From the NCBI GenBank assembly GCA_009782775.1, contig WRIL01000008.1:762-64761 (forward strand): a stretch of DNA of 64,000 bases. The letters run 5' to 3'. Shown piece by piece: positions 44,390 to 53,582 of the stretch. The notes under the pieces are model-generated. The model ran no database searches. It was not told where the DNA came from and worked only from the letters and a program-made list of their open reading frames with translations. A program made the translations under genes and the position numbers. Source of the DNA: Desulfovibrionaceae bacterium. Its GTDB lineage: Bacteria; Desulfobacterota; Desulfovibrionia; Desulfovibrionales; Desulfovibrionaceae. Each line of letters starts with the position of its first letter. Within the stretch, counting starts at the first letter, position 1.

Positions 44390-46743
44390 GTGCCGGGTTT
44401 GTTGCCCGGGGCGCGCAGAGAGACCGGCCGGGATCGGTAAATTGCCGGTACGCGCCCTCCCTTGCGGGCGGCCGGCACTCTCTTGCCCGGAGTCCGATCC
44501 GGGGCGAGCGGCGGCGATTCGGGTTCAGCCTGGAGCGGCGTTTTACCAGGGTATTCTATACGTTTGTGGAATATGCCGGTGAGGATCGGCAAAAAGCTTT
44601 CCCTGACCAAGTCCAGATCTTTGAAGGTCAACTCGGTATTGTCCAGTTGCCCTTCCGCCAGAACATTCTGAATAATCTCATTTATATGGGTGCTAATCCG
44701 GTGTGGGGTGGGGTCCACCAGGGCGCGGCTGGAGGCCTCCAGCACATCGGCCAGCAGGAGTAGGGCGGCTTCGCGGCTTTGGGGCTTTGGACCGGCATAG
44801 CTGAAATCCTCCTTATGCACGTTCTGGTTTTGCAGGGAGGCTTTATGGTAAAAATAGCGCATCATGTTGGTCCCATGATGCTGCTGGATGATATCCTGGA
44901 GTTCGTCGCCCAGTTTGTGCTGCTGGGCCATTTCCACTCCGCGTTTCACATGGGAGGTCAGCACCAGGACGCTCATGGCCGGAGTCAGTCGATCATGGGG
45001 GTTCCGGCCTTTGAACTGGTTTTCAATAAAATAGTCCGCCTTATCGATTTTCCCGATATCATGATACATGGCCCCGACCTTGCATAAAAGGCTGTGCGCG
45101 CCTATGGCCTTGGCCGCCGGCTCCACCAGGTTGGCCACAATAATGGAGTGATGGTAGGTTCCGGGGGCCTCCAGCATGAGCTGGCGCAATAAGGGGTGTT
45201 CCTGGTTCATGAGTTCCATGAGCACGAAACGGGTAGTGAAGCCGAAAAGTATTTCCACCAGAGGTGACATGGCAAAGATAAGCAGGATGGAAAAAAAGGC
45301 CCCCATCAGCATGGCCAGGCCCTGCCCGGGCAACTGGTTTAACTCCGTCACCCGCAGGAGCGCCGCCCCCAGCCAGAGGGCCAGAAAGCCAGCGCAAAGC
45401 GGAAAGAGACTCATCACCACCTCTTTGCGGTTCTGGCTGTCGGTGATCAGCCAGGTGCACAAGAGGCTGGTGATGAAATAGAACAGAAACAGGCCCAGTC
45501 CCCCCTGGGCGGTGATGGTGCAAAAAATGGACAGGAGCATGCTGATGGTAAAATAACGCCGCCGGCTCAACGTAAGCCCGGCCAACCCGGCGGCTCCGGC
45601 CACCGGCACGGCGAAGGCCTGGGTTCCCAAGCTGAGATTCAGGATCGAAGAATTAAGGGCAAAGCCTATGAAATAAAAAAACTTGGCCAGCAGGGTCATA
45701 AAAAGGACCAGAAGGGCCACAAAAACCAGTTCCTTGGCGCTGGCGCCGGAACCCTTGCGCCGTCCGGGGGAATAAAACAACCCCAGGCAGCTTATGGCCC
45801 CGAAGATTACGCCCCCGAAAAAAATCTGGGGTTTAAAGCGAGCCGCGCTGTGCGCCCACAGGGCATCAAGCTTAGCTAATGTTTCCGCATCCACCGCCTC
45901 GCCCTGGCGCACGAGGATCTCTCCGACTTTTACATGTTGCACCACCGGACGCACATTTTGGGCCGCTTCGCGAGCCCGATGCAAGGTGGCTTCTTCATTC
46001 AGGGTCAAGGTTGCCTCGGCCAAGCTGCCCAAGAGCAGGACAAACAACCGTTTGCCTTGGAGACTGATGGGCTGGGCGCGCGCCTCTAGTTCCAGATCCA
46101 CGGCAAAATCCTTGAGATCCTGGATATGCCGGCTATCAGGCAAAAGGGTTTCCTGCCCGCCGTTCAGATCGCGAATGATTACCCCGCCGCTGTAATAGGC
46201 GAGTTTGCGCACATCCGGCGCAACCCCGTCCCGTAGCCGCCGCGTTGCCCAGGGCAGCATCACGTTCTCCAGCAGGTTCTGAAAATCCGGGTTGGCCATG
46301 AGGCTGAACATGCGTTCGCCCAATTCCACCCCCAAGGCTTCAGACACTTCCAGGCGCAGCCGGAGCATGGCCTGGGGGTCTTCCTCCGTCCGCAAGGCCT
46401 CCAGCACCCAGTCCCGGATGCGCGCATGCATGGCGTCCACCGACTCTGTGTTCAGAGTGCAGATCAGCGGTTGGGCTTTCTGGACGGCTTCCCGCCGGAG
46501 ACGAGTGGCTTCATGATTTTGCAAGCTGAAGGCGTAATCCGCGATTATATCGCTGTCGGCTATCTCCCCAAGCATGTAGGTGTGCGGGCTTTGCCCCCAT
46601 TCATAGCTGGCGACGAAGGCCGCCAAAACAATCAGGGCCAAAAGGACCCATATACCGGGGTTCGTACGGAGGAACCGCGCAAACCCCCACGGAAGCCAGG
46701 AAGCTTTGCCCGGTAGGTCAGGCAGGGTTTTCTTCTGCGTCAT
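44386..46743 (-). CDS. 7TM-HD (PgpH-like) membrane phosphohydrolase
   Basis: Large extracytoplasmic N-domain, seven TM helices, and HD domain HHSIIVANL...GAMYHDIGK. ATG at 46743 (MTQKKTLPDLPGK) overlaps the phoH end by 26 nt. Confidence 0.85.
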   Translation of the reverse strand: MTQKKTLPDLPGKASWLPWGFARFLRTNPGIWVLLALIVLAAFVASYEWGQSPHTYMLGEIADSDIIADYAFSLQNHEATRLRREAVQKAQPLICTLNTESVDAMHARIRDWVLEALRTEEDPQAMLRLRLEVSEALGVELGERMFSLMANPDFQNLLENVMLPWATRRLRDGVAPDVRKLAYYSGGVIIRDLNGGQETLLPDSRHIQDLKDFAVDLELEARAQPISLQGKRLFVLLLGSLAEATLTLNEEATLHRAREAAQNVRPVVQHVKVGEILVRQGEAVDAETLAKLDALWAHSAARFKPQIFFGGVIFGAISCLGLFYSPGRRKGSGASAKELVFVALLVLFMTLLAKFFYFIGFALNSSILNLSLGTQAFAVPVAGAAGLAGLTLSRRRYFTISMLLSIFCTITAQGGLGLFLFYFITSLLCTWLITDSQNRKEVVMSLFPLCAGFLALWLGAALLRVTELNQLPGQGLAMLMGAFFSILLIFAMSPLVEILFGFTTRFVLMELMNQEHPLLRQLMLEAPGTYHHSIIVANLVEPAAKAIGAHSLLCKVGAMYHDIGKIDKADYFIENQFKGRNPHDRLTPAMSVLVLTSHVKRGVEMAQQHKLGDELQDIIQQHHGTNMMRYFYHKASLQNQNVHKEDFSYAGPKPQSREAALLLLADVLEASSRALVDPTPHRISTHINEIIQNVLAEGQLDNTELTFKDLDLVRESFLPILTGIFHKRIEYPGKTPLQAEPESPPLAPDRTPGKRVPAARKGGRVPAIYRSRPVSLRAPGNKPGT

Positions 46744-47689
46744 AAGCTTCCACGATACGTCCCACCAAAGGATGGCGGAGGACGTCCTCTTTGGCAAAAA
46801 AAACTTTCCTGATGCCCTCCACTCCCGCCAGAACCTTGAGGGCATGCTTCAGGCCGGAGCGCGGCGGCCCGTGATCCGCCGGGAGATCGATCTGGGTGAT
46901 ATCCCCGGTCACCGCGATCCGGGAGCCGGCACCCAAGCGGGTCAGAAACATTTTCATCTGTTCCGGGGTGGTGTTCTGGGCCTCATCCAGGATGATGAAG
47001 GCGTCGTTCAGGGTCCGTCCGCGCATGAAGGCCAGGGGAGCGATCTCAATGATGCCGTTGTCCAGCATTTCCGCCACCTTTTCCATATCCAGCATGTCAT
47101 GCAGGGCATCGTAAAGCGGCCGCAGGTAGGGATTGACCTTTTCCGCAAGATCCCCCGGCAGAAAACCCAGACGCTCCCCGGCCTCCACCGCCGGTCTGGT
47201 CAGCACGATGCGTTTGACCTTGCGGGGCAGCAACATGGACAAGGCCACCGCCACCGCCAGGTAGGTCTTGCCGGTGCCGGCCGGCCCCACGCCGAAGACC
47301 AGCGGACATTCGCGCAGGGCCTGGACGTAAAATCGTTGGTTGAGGCTCCGGGGGATGATGCTCTTGCGGGAAGAGCCTATGGGGATGACCTGCCGGAAAA
47401 TCTCCCCCAAGTCACAATCATTATGCTGGCGCAGCAAACGGTAGGCGTGTTCAAAATCTGCGGCCCCGAATTCTCCGCCCGCCTGCGACATCGCATAAAA
47501 CTGGGCCAGCAGATTTCCGACCAGGGCGCGCTCCACCTGGTCTCCCAGAAGCGCCAGGCTGCTTCCCCGGCTCTGGATACGCAAACCGGAAAGCTCTTCC
47601 AGGCAGCGCAAGTTGCGGCCCTGCGGCCCGAAAAGGATATTGGCTGAGCGGTGGTCGGAAAAATCCAGATGTTCTGCGTCTTCTGACAT
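46718..47689 (-). CDS. phoH: PhoH-family ATPase
   Basis: Walker A GPAGTGKTYLAVA, ILDEAQN, ITGDITQIDLP. Confidence 0.92.
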   Translation of the reverse strand: MSEDAEHLDFSDHRSANILFGPQGRNLRCLEELSGLRIQSRGSSLALLGDQVERALVGNLLAQFYAMSQAGGEFGAADFEHAYRLLRQHNDCDLGEIFRQVIPIGSSRKSIIPRSLNQRFYVQALRECPLVFGVGPAGTGKTYLAVAVALSMLLPRKVKRIVLTRPAVEAGERLGFLPGDLAEKVNPYLRPLYDALHDMLDMEKVAEMLDNGIIEIAPLAFMRGRTLNDAFIILDEAQNTTPEQMKMFLTRLGAGSRIAVTGDITQIDLPADHGPPRSGLKHALKVLAGVEGIRKVFFAKEDVLRHPLVGRIVEAYDAEENPA

Positions 47690-47879
47690 GATTTAAGGAC
47701 TTTAATCCCCTCTGCGCGGAGAAAGGCCGGCCGGCCGGTTAAAATTTTCAGGATGCGCCAGAGATCCTTAAAACTGCCCCTTGATAACTTTTTTCACAGA
47801 CCTAGTAAATACCCTTCCGCCAGCTTCCGCAAAACCTTCTGCCCGGGCAATGCCGGATGCTGGCGGCCGCCGGACTTTT

Positions 47880-47895
47880 CGGCACGGCTTATGCA
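47880..47895 (+). promoter_or_regulatory. Sigma-54 (-24/-12) promoter candidate
   Basis: CGGCACGGCTTATGCA: GGCACG at 47881-86 and GC at 47893-94, consensus spacing. 59 nt upstream of ATG 47954. Confidence 0.55.
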
Positions 47896-47953
47896 ATGTT
47901 AGCCGGGAGAATTCCGGCCGGAAAAAGTTGCCGGACAATTTAAGGAGAAAAAC

Positions 47954-48613
47954 ATGTCTGTGCAGAACATCAATGCCAACAGCGCATCGCTTACGGACTA
48001 TCTGCTCCCTTCCAAGGAAAAAGACGAGAACAGCGTCTCCGGCGCCGATGCGCTCCTGTCGCGGAACGCCAGAAACAACGCCCTCAGCGCCTATGGCGGT
48101 AACATGCTCTCTGGCCCCGGCCAGACCGCCATGCAACGGGCGGTGCAAGAACTCCGCGAAACCCAAGGCGGCCCGGTTACCTTCGCCATGGTGCGGGAAT
48201 ACCGGGAAGAGATGGAAAACTCCTTCACCCTGCTTATGCAGGCCAGCATTTATGCCTTGGGGCTGGAGGAAAGCCAGGATTTCTTCCTGAGCGCCTCCCA
48301 GGAAGGACGGATTGAAGTCAGCTCTTCTGACCCGATCCTGCGGGAAATGGTCACGGCCCTGCTTGCCGAGAACCCGAAACTGGGCGAACAGTTCCTGTAC
48401 ATCCAAGCCCTAGGCAATATCGAAAAAACCAGCCAGGCCAGCACTCCTCTGATGGCGCGGCAGTCCGCCAAGGCCAACCTGGGGATGCAGTCCGTGGATA
48501 TTTTCATCAAGGCCGCCGCTTCCCAAGGTTTCGGCTATAGTTCCCTGTTGGGGTTATACGACGGATCTTCCGGCGACCTGTCTTATTTCTTGGGCGCCAA
48601 CATGACCGTTTGA
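47954..48613 (+). CDS. Hypothetical 219-aa protein
   Basis: AAGGAGAAAAAC-ATG. MSVQNINANSASLTDYLLPSK...; no recognised motif, no TM segment and no signal peptide. Confidence 0.65.
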   Translation: MSVQNINANSASLTDYLLPSKEKDENSVSGADALLSRNARNNALSAYGGNMLSGPGQTAMQRAVQELRETQGGPVTFAMVREYREEMENSFTLLMQASIYALGLEESQDFFLSASQEGRIEVSSSDPILREMVTALLAENPKLGEQFLYIQALGNIEKTSQASTPLMARQSAKANLGMQSVDIFIKAAASQGFGYSSLLGLYDGSSGDLSYFLGANMTV

Positions 48614-49019
48614 GTTTGCCGCCACTGATCACTCAGCAGCGCTACTTTAAAGAGCTTCGGGAAAGGAGGATGTCAAAAGCGGCCTTCCTTTAAAATATAC
48701 CCCGTGAAAAGCCCATGGTACGGCAGACTTTTGAAATATTGCCCAGCTCGGCGGCTACGGCTGGTTCTGGGCCAGTAGCGTCACGGACACTTTATGGCTG
48801 GTCTGAGGCGCAAAAACTTCAGACCGGAGTTTCGCTATAATACAGCACCTCGAATGCGATATCGATATCTTCGTTTCAGACAACAACATAGCTATGTTTG
48901 GGGGCTTCATGAACAAGTCGATGCTTTTCAAAGGTTCAAAGACAAGGAAATAGCCTTCCAGCAACTCGCCGTCAAGGCTGAAAATGGCTTCTTTTCCCTA
49001 GCGAACTTCTTTCCGTCTC

Positions 49020-49574
49020 CTACCTGTTTTCCAAAACGCCTTCTTCCTTGCGCAGGATTCGCATATCCTGATCCAGGAGGTTCTTGATCAGGGACCAGCC
49101 ACCGGGGGCCACGCGCAGCTCCGCGTAGCGGGCCTGACTGTATAAACCGGCCAGGCCTTCCTCGAAGAAAAAGGCTCCTCCGCTGACTTTTATGTCCCTA
49201 CCGGTCATCTTGTATTCCAGGAGAATTTCATCCGGGGCCGGTTTTTCTCCGGCGTGCAGGCGGACAAAACAGCCCAGATCCCCTTCCAGGCGCAACACGG
49301 CCAGTCCCCTGCGCTTCCGGGAACTCTCCTCCTCTTCGCCCTCCTTTTTATCCTGTTCCCGCATCGCTTTAAGGATATCCCGTTCCACGGCAAAGGCCAG
49401 GATCATGTAATCGCCCTGCATCAGGGAGCGCGGGTCCAGGGGAACCAGGCGCAGGATGACTCTCCGCCCGTCGGCCAGGAGCTTTTCCTGGCCCAGGATT
49501 AAATAATTGTACGCGGCCAGGAAGATCAGCAACACCAAGGCGATGAAAATGCGGACGCGGCGCGGATCAGACAT
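49020..49574 (-). CDS. GDYXXLXY domain-containing protein
   Basis: N-terminal TM helix and SLMQGDYMILAF (GDYxxLx[YF]) motif. ATG at 49574 overlaps the upstream stop (ATGTCTGA). Confidence 0.8.
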   Translation of the reverse strand: MSDPRRVRIFIALVLLIFLAAYNYLILGQEKLLADGRRVILRLVPLDPRSLMQGDYMILAFAVERDILKAMREQDKKEGEEEESSRKRRGLAVLRLEGDLGCFVRLHAGEKPAPDEILLEYKMTGRDIKVSGGAFFFEEGLAGLYSQARYAELRVAPGGWSLIKNLLDQDMRILRKEEGVLENR

Positions 49575-51738
49575 GAATTTCTCCAATTCTGACCAGACGG
49601 CGCAGCAACAGGACGGCCAGCAGCAGGACGGAGCCGCAGAGCAGGAGGAGCAGGGCCTTGTCGCGCAGGAGGATATCCAGATTATAGTAGTAGAAAAAGA
49701 GATCCAGGCTCAGGTAAAAGGTGGCCAGGCCGGAGAGGGCATCCTTGCCGGCGGCCCTGGTCAGGAAAAGCAAGGCCATCCCCAGACCGCAGGCCGGCGT
49801 AAAATAGGCCGCGGCCATAAAGACCAGCCCGCCGGCCAAAACCAAGGGGCGCAGGGAGGCCCGCCCGCGCCAGATCGCCGCCAGGCAGGCCAGCAGGACC
49901 AGGGGCAGGGACAGGGCATGGGGGTACAGGTAAAACCAGGACAGCCACCATTCGCCAATAGCGCCGATGATGGAGACGGCCAGGAGCATGAAGGAAAAAA
50001 AAACCAGGCAGGCCAGGGCCGCGCTCCGGCGCAGATCCTGGATCCGGCCGGAGGGCTGGAGCGGAAGGCCGTGCTGGTAAAGTCCGAAAAGCAGACCCAG
50101 GGCCAGGGAAAAATTATACAGGTAATAGCCGGTATCCCTTGGAACATGCCAGGCCAGGAACAGGCCCAGGCAGACCAGCAGGCCGATGGCGGCGGCACTT
50201 TTGTCCGCGAGATGCCGCCGGCTGATCCAGAGGCAGGCGAACAGGGCCGCCAGCAGAACAAGGCTGGACTGTTCATGGAAATCGGTAAGGAAGCAGGACA
50301 TGGCCAGGCCGCATAAGGCGGCCACCCGGCTGAACTGGCGCGAGGCCAAGGATTCTTTGCGCTCCAAAGGAACGGAGGCGGCGCAGAAGGCCAGCCCGAG
50401 CAAACCTATGAACTGCCGTTGCGGAAACAAATCCGCCAGGATCAGCACCAGAAAACCGAACAACAGGAGCGAACCCGCCCAGGCGCTCAGGCTGGTGAAA
50501 ATTTTGCTGATCCAGGGTTCCCGCCGCCCCAGCCTGGCGACATCCTCCCGGAAAAAGTCCTCCAGTTCCGCCTGGGGCAAGGCCTCTTTCTCCAGCAGCC
50601 AGCGGCTCAAGGCCAGGCGCTCCTCTTCCTCGGCCTTGAAAAACGCTTCCGCAACGCCGGTTTTCAGGCGCGCCCGCTCCCGCAAGAGCTTGCGCAGATG
50701 AAGCACCAGCTTGGATACGCCCAGGCCGAGCCCCATGATGAGCAGACCGTTGAGCAGCAGGCTGCCGGCAAACCAGTTGTCAATGTTCAGGATGATCCAG
50801 GCCAGCAGATAAACGGCGGCGCTCAGGATGGGGCAGGCCAGGAGGAAGAGATCCGGCCGCGGGCGGTAATAAAAAAACAAAGCCACGCCCAGACCGACGA
50901 AGTAAAGGGACAACCCCCAGTCCGGGGAGAGGAAAACGGCGATCGGGCGCCTGTAATAGTCACCCATCTGCATTAGCAAAATCATTTGCGCGGTGAGCAG
51001 GATAAAGGCCGCGCCGCCGATGAGGCGGCAGAGGACGCGCCTGGGGTTCAGGGATGTGAAGCGGTGGAGGAGTTCTGCCAGGATCAGAAAGAAAAACTGG
51101 ACCAGGGAAATTTCCAGCGGCGGAAAATCCGGATGCGCTTCCAGGAAGTACAGGGAGGCCCACAGGCTGGCGACGATCCACAAAGGAACCAGGAGAAGCG
51201 CCTCCCGCGCGGCCAGGACCAGGAAGATCAGCAGGAGGCTCCAGGCCCGGAAGAGTTCCCAGGGGTCGCCCCCGGTCTGGTAGATCTGCCCGTACAAGGC
51301 CAGGAGCGCGCCGCCGAGAAGCCCTCCGGCCAGCAGGGCCAAGCGCGCGTCATATGGAATTTTGGATGGAATTTGGGGCGGACTTGCTGGAGAAGCCGCG
51401 ATCCAACGCAGGCAGGCCCAGAGGCCGCAGATGGCAAACAGGACTTCGGCGATGACGAATTTGCCCTGACGGGAAAGATTCTCCCAGTTCCAGGCCAGGA
51501 GGAAAATGAGGCCGCAGAGGATCAGGAGCGTGCCCATGAGGGCGAAAAAGCTCTCCATGAAAAGCTTCCAGACTTCCGGTCCCGGACGAAGGCCGAAGGC
51601 GCGAGCCGCGCCCGCATGCGCCTCCGGGGAGATGTTCCCCCGGAGGAAGAGGCCGTCCAGCCAGGACGGCAGACGGACATAGCCGGGGATGAGACGCAGG
51701 CCGGCGGCGTTTTTCCCTTCCATGAGCCTGTTCTTCAT
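49567..51738 (-). CDS. Polytopic membrane protein (DUF2157 + DUF4401-like architecture)
   Basis: About 720 aa with around 18 hydrophobic helices. It sits immediately upstream of a GDYXXLXY gene, the usual partner of DUF2157/DUF4401 proteins; assignment is from context and topology. ATG at 51738 overlaps the fpg stop (ATGA). Confidence 0.65.
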   Translation of the reverse strand: MKNRLMEGKNAAGLRLIPGYVRLPSWLDGLFLRGNISPEAHAGAARAFGLRPGPEVWKLFMESFFALMGTLLILCGLIFLLAWNWENLSRQGKFVIAEVLFAICGLWACLRWIAASPASPPQIPSKIPYDARLALLAGGLLGGALLALYGQIYQTGGDPWELFRAWSLLLIFLVLAAREALLLVPLWIVASLWASLYFLEAHPDFPPLEISLVQFFFLILAELLHRFTSLNPRRVLCRLIGGAAFILLTAQMILLMQMGDYYRRPIAVFLSPDWGLSLYFVGLGVALFFYYRPRPDLFLLACPILSAAVYLLAWIILNIDNWFAGSLLLNGLLIMGLGLGVSKLVLHLRKLLRERARLKTGVAEAFFKAEEEERLALSRWLLEKEALPQAELEDFFREDVARLGRREPWISKIFTSLSAWAGSLLLFGFLVLILADLFPQRQFIGLLGLAFCAASVPLERKESLASRQFSRVAALCGLAMSCFLTDFHEQSSLVLLAALFACLWISRRHLADKSAAAIGLLVCLGLFLAWHVPRDTGYYLYNFSLALGLLFGLYQHGLPLQPSGRIQDLRRSAALACLVFFSFMLLAVSIIGAIGEWWLSWFYLYPHALSLPLVLLACLAAIWRGRASLRPLVLAGGLVFMAAAYFTPACGLGMALLFLTRAAGKDALSGLATFYLSLDLFFYYYNLDILLRDKALLLLLCGSVLLLAVLLLRRLVRIGEIHV

Positions 51739-52580
51739 TTTTGGCAGCGCGGGCAATAGACCGTGCCGCGCCCGGCCACCCGGCAGCTTTGCAGGATGCC
51801 TCCGCAGACCTGGCAGGGTTTTCCTCCGCGTCCATAGACCTTAAAATTGTCCTGGAAGGCCCCGGAGTTGCCCTGGGCGTCCAGATAGTCGCGGATGGAG
51901 CTGCCGCAGGCGGCAATGGCCTCGCGCAAAATCTCCTGGACATGCCCGGCCAGGGCAAGCAAGCGTTCCCCAGGAATCCCCGCGCCCTGGCGATCCGGGC
52001 GAATCCCCGCCCTAAAAAGCGATTCATCGGCATAGATATTGCCAATGCCGACAATGAGGCTTTGATCCAAAAGCAAATTTTTGATTTGGCGCTTTTTTCC
52101 GGCCAGGGCGGCGGCCAGTTCCTCCGGGGCATGCTCTAGTGGCTCCAGCCCCAGGGCAGCCCAGAAAGGCCATTCTTCCAGGCTTTCCGGACGCAGGATC
52201 CGGCAGTAGCCGAAGGTGCGCGCATCATCAAACAAAAGACGAGCCTCCGGGGCGGACGTCCTGCTGTCCGGGTAAAGATCCAGAATAAGCTTGGTGTGCT
52301 TTGGCGGCACGGCCTCCAGGGGGTGAACGAAAAGGTGGCCGGTCATTTTCAGGTGAAAGGCCATGATCAGGGGACGGTTCGAGACATCGAGCAGATCCAG
52401 GAGCAGAAGCTTTGCCCGGCGGCGCACCCCGGCTACCTCCGCCCCTTCCAGCAGGGGCAGGAACTCCCGTCCGGCCTGAGGGGTCTTACCCCCGAAACAG
52501 CGCGGGTTTCCCAGAACACGCCGTAACACCTGGGGGGCCAGGGTGCGGGCGATGGTTTCCACTTCCGGCAGTTCAGGCAA
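51735..52580 (-). CDS. mutM: Formamidopyrimidine-DNA glycosylase
   Basis: (TTG)PELPEVETIARTL start; the family needs Pro directly after the initiator, so TTG at 52580 is the start rather than upstream in-frame codons. C-terminal zinc finger CQVCGGILQSCRVAGRGTVYCPRCQ. Confidence 0.9.
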   Translation of the reverse strand: MPELPEVETIARTLAPQVLRRVLGNPRCFGGKTPQAGREFLPLLEGAEVAGVRRRAKLLLLDLLDVSNRPLIMAFHLKMTGHLFVHPLEAVPPKHTKLILDLYPDSRTSAPEARLLFDDARTFGYCRILRPESLEEWPFWAALGLEPLEHAPEELAAALAGKKRQIKNLLLDQSLIVGIGNIYADESLFRAGIRPDRQGAGIPGERLLALAGHVQEILREAIAACGSSIRDYLDAQGNSGAFQDNFKVYGRGGKPCQVCGGILQSCRVAGRGTVYCPRCQK

Positions 52581-52724
52581 AATTGGCTCCAGCGCCGTGA
52601 ATCCAGGCGGACGGCGCCAAAAAAACATAGCCGGATCCCCGCGCCTTGCCAAGGACAAAATATCCGACCTTGCCCGGAACGCCATGCCCGTGTTAGAGTA
52701 AGCGCGCGGCATGGGAGGCGGAGA

Positions 52725-53228
52725 ATGCTGATTATCTATACCGGCGACGGAAAGGGCAAGACCTCGGCCGCGGCAGGACAGGCCCTGCGCGCCCTGGGTC
52801 AGGGACTACGGGTATCCTTCGCCCAACTGATCAAAAGCGATGTGCAGGCCGGGGAGCAGAACGTGCTTCGGCAGCTTCTGGGGGAAGATTTTTTCATCGG
52901 CGGACGCGGTTTTTTTATCCAGGAAAAAGATCGGGCCGCGCACACCCAGGCGGCGCAGCAGGTTCTGGCCTGGGCCAGAAAACGCGCGCCGGCCAGCGAT
53001 CTCCTGGTGCTGGACGAGGCCTTGTACGCCCTGGAGAGCGGACTGCTCACTGAAGAGGAACTGCGCGCCCTGATTGAACAATGCCGCCGGGAAAACACCC
53101 ACTTGGTGCTTTCCGGCCGCGGCCTGCCGGAATGGCTGGCCCGGGAGGCGGATCTGGTCACCAGCATGACCCTGGTCAAACACCCGCATGACGCCGGCGC
53201 CCAAGTCCGTCCGGGGATCGAATACTGA
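52725..53228 (+). CDS. cobO: Cob(I)yrinic acid a,c-diamide adenosyltransferase (CobO/BtuR family)
   Basis: MLIIYTGDGKGKTSAAAGQALRALGQG P-loop and LLVLDE motif. Confidence 0.85.
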   Translation: MLIIYTGDGKGKTSAAAGQALRALGQGLRVSFAQLIKSDVQAGEQNVLRQLLGEDFFIGGRGFFIQEKDRAAHTQAAQQVLAWARKRAPASDLLVLDEALYALESGLLTEEELRALIEQCRRENTHLVLSGRGLPEWLAREADLVTSMTLVKHPHDAGAQVRPGIEY

Positions 53229-53310
53229 TGGGCGCGCCTCCGCCGTCCTTAGCCCCCGCATTGCCAAAGACGCCGTTTCAAGATACGGGAATTACCACAG
53301 GAGCAAACGT

Positions 53311-53538
53311 ATGCGCTTCGTCTGGCTAATCCTTTTCGCTGTCACCTTCTTCGTCGGGGTGCAGTCGGTGATGAACACACCCATGGACGGCTATAACGGG
53401 GCAACTACCTTCGGTTTTCTATTCGGCACCTTTATCCTGCCGCTGGTATTCCTCATCCTGGGCTTGCGCTCCTTCCGGGCGGCCAGGCGGGCCAAGGAAA
53501 AGGCCGCGCAAAGCCCATATTCCCAAGGCCCGCAATGA
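53311..53538 (+). CDS. Small two-TM membrane protein (hypothetical)
   Basis: CAGGAG RBS before ATG 53311. MRFVWLILFAVTFFVGV...FGFLFGTFILPLVFLILGL, then a basic tail. 75 aa. Confidence 0.45.
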   Translation: MRFVWLILFAVTFFVGVQSVMNTPMDGYNGATTFGFLFGTFILPLVFLILGLRSFRAARRAKEKAAQSPYSQGPQ

Positions 53539-53582
53539 TCCTCCGGCTATGTCCCGGAACCTGAAAAAAAAGGAGAATACCC

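Noticed and set aside
46706-47647. 313-aa plus-strand ORF
   Set aside because: It is antisense to phoH, which has Walker motifs on the minus strand. It is His/Gln/Gly-rich with no motifs.
49507-51759. Two plus-strand ORFs (269 aa and 257 aa), Gln/Gly/Glu-rich, plus several other overlapping ORFs
   Set aside because: They are antisense or out of frame relative to the ~720-aa polytopic membrane protein. Their low-complexity composition mirrors the Leu/Ala-rich codons of the real gene.
52581-52724. Possible cobalamin riboswitch upstream of cobO (contains CCGTGAATCCAGGCGGAC and AGCCGGATCCCCGC, vaguely like the GTGAATCC core and the B12 box)
   Set aside because: Only 144 nt are available. I could not assemble the GGGAA/B12-box/P1 architecture. 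The similarity is short and in GC-rich DNA. A cmsearch with Rfam RF00174 would settle it.
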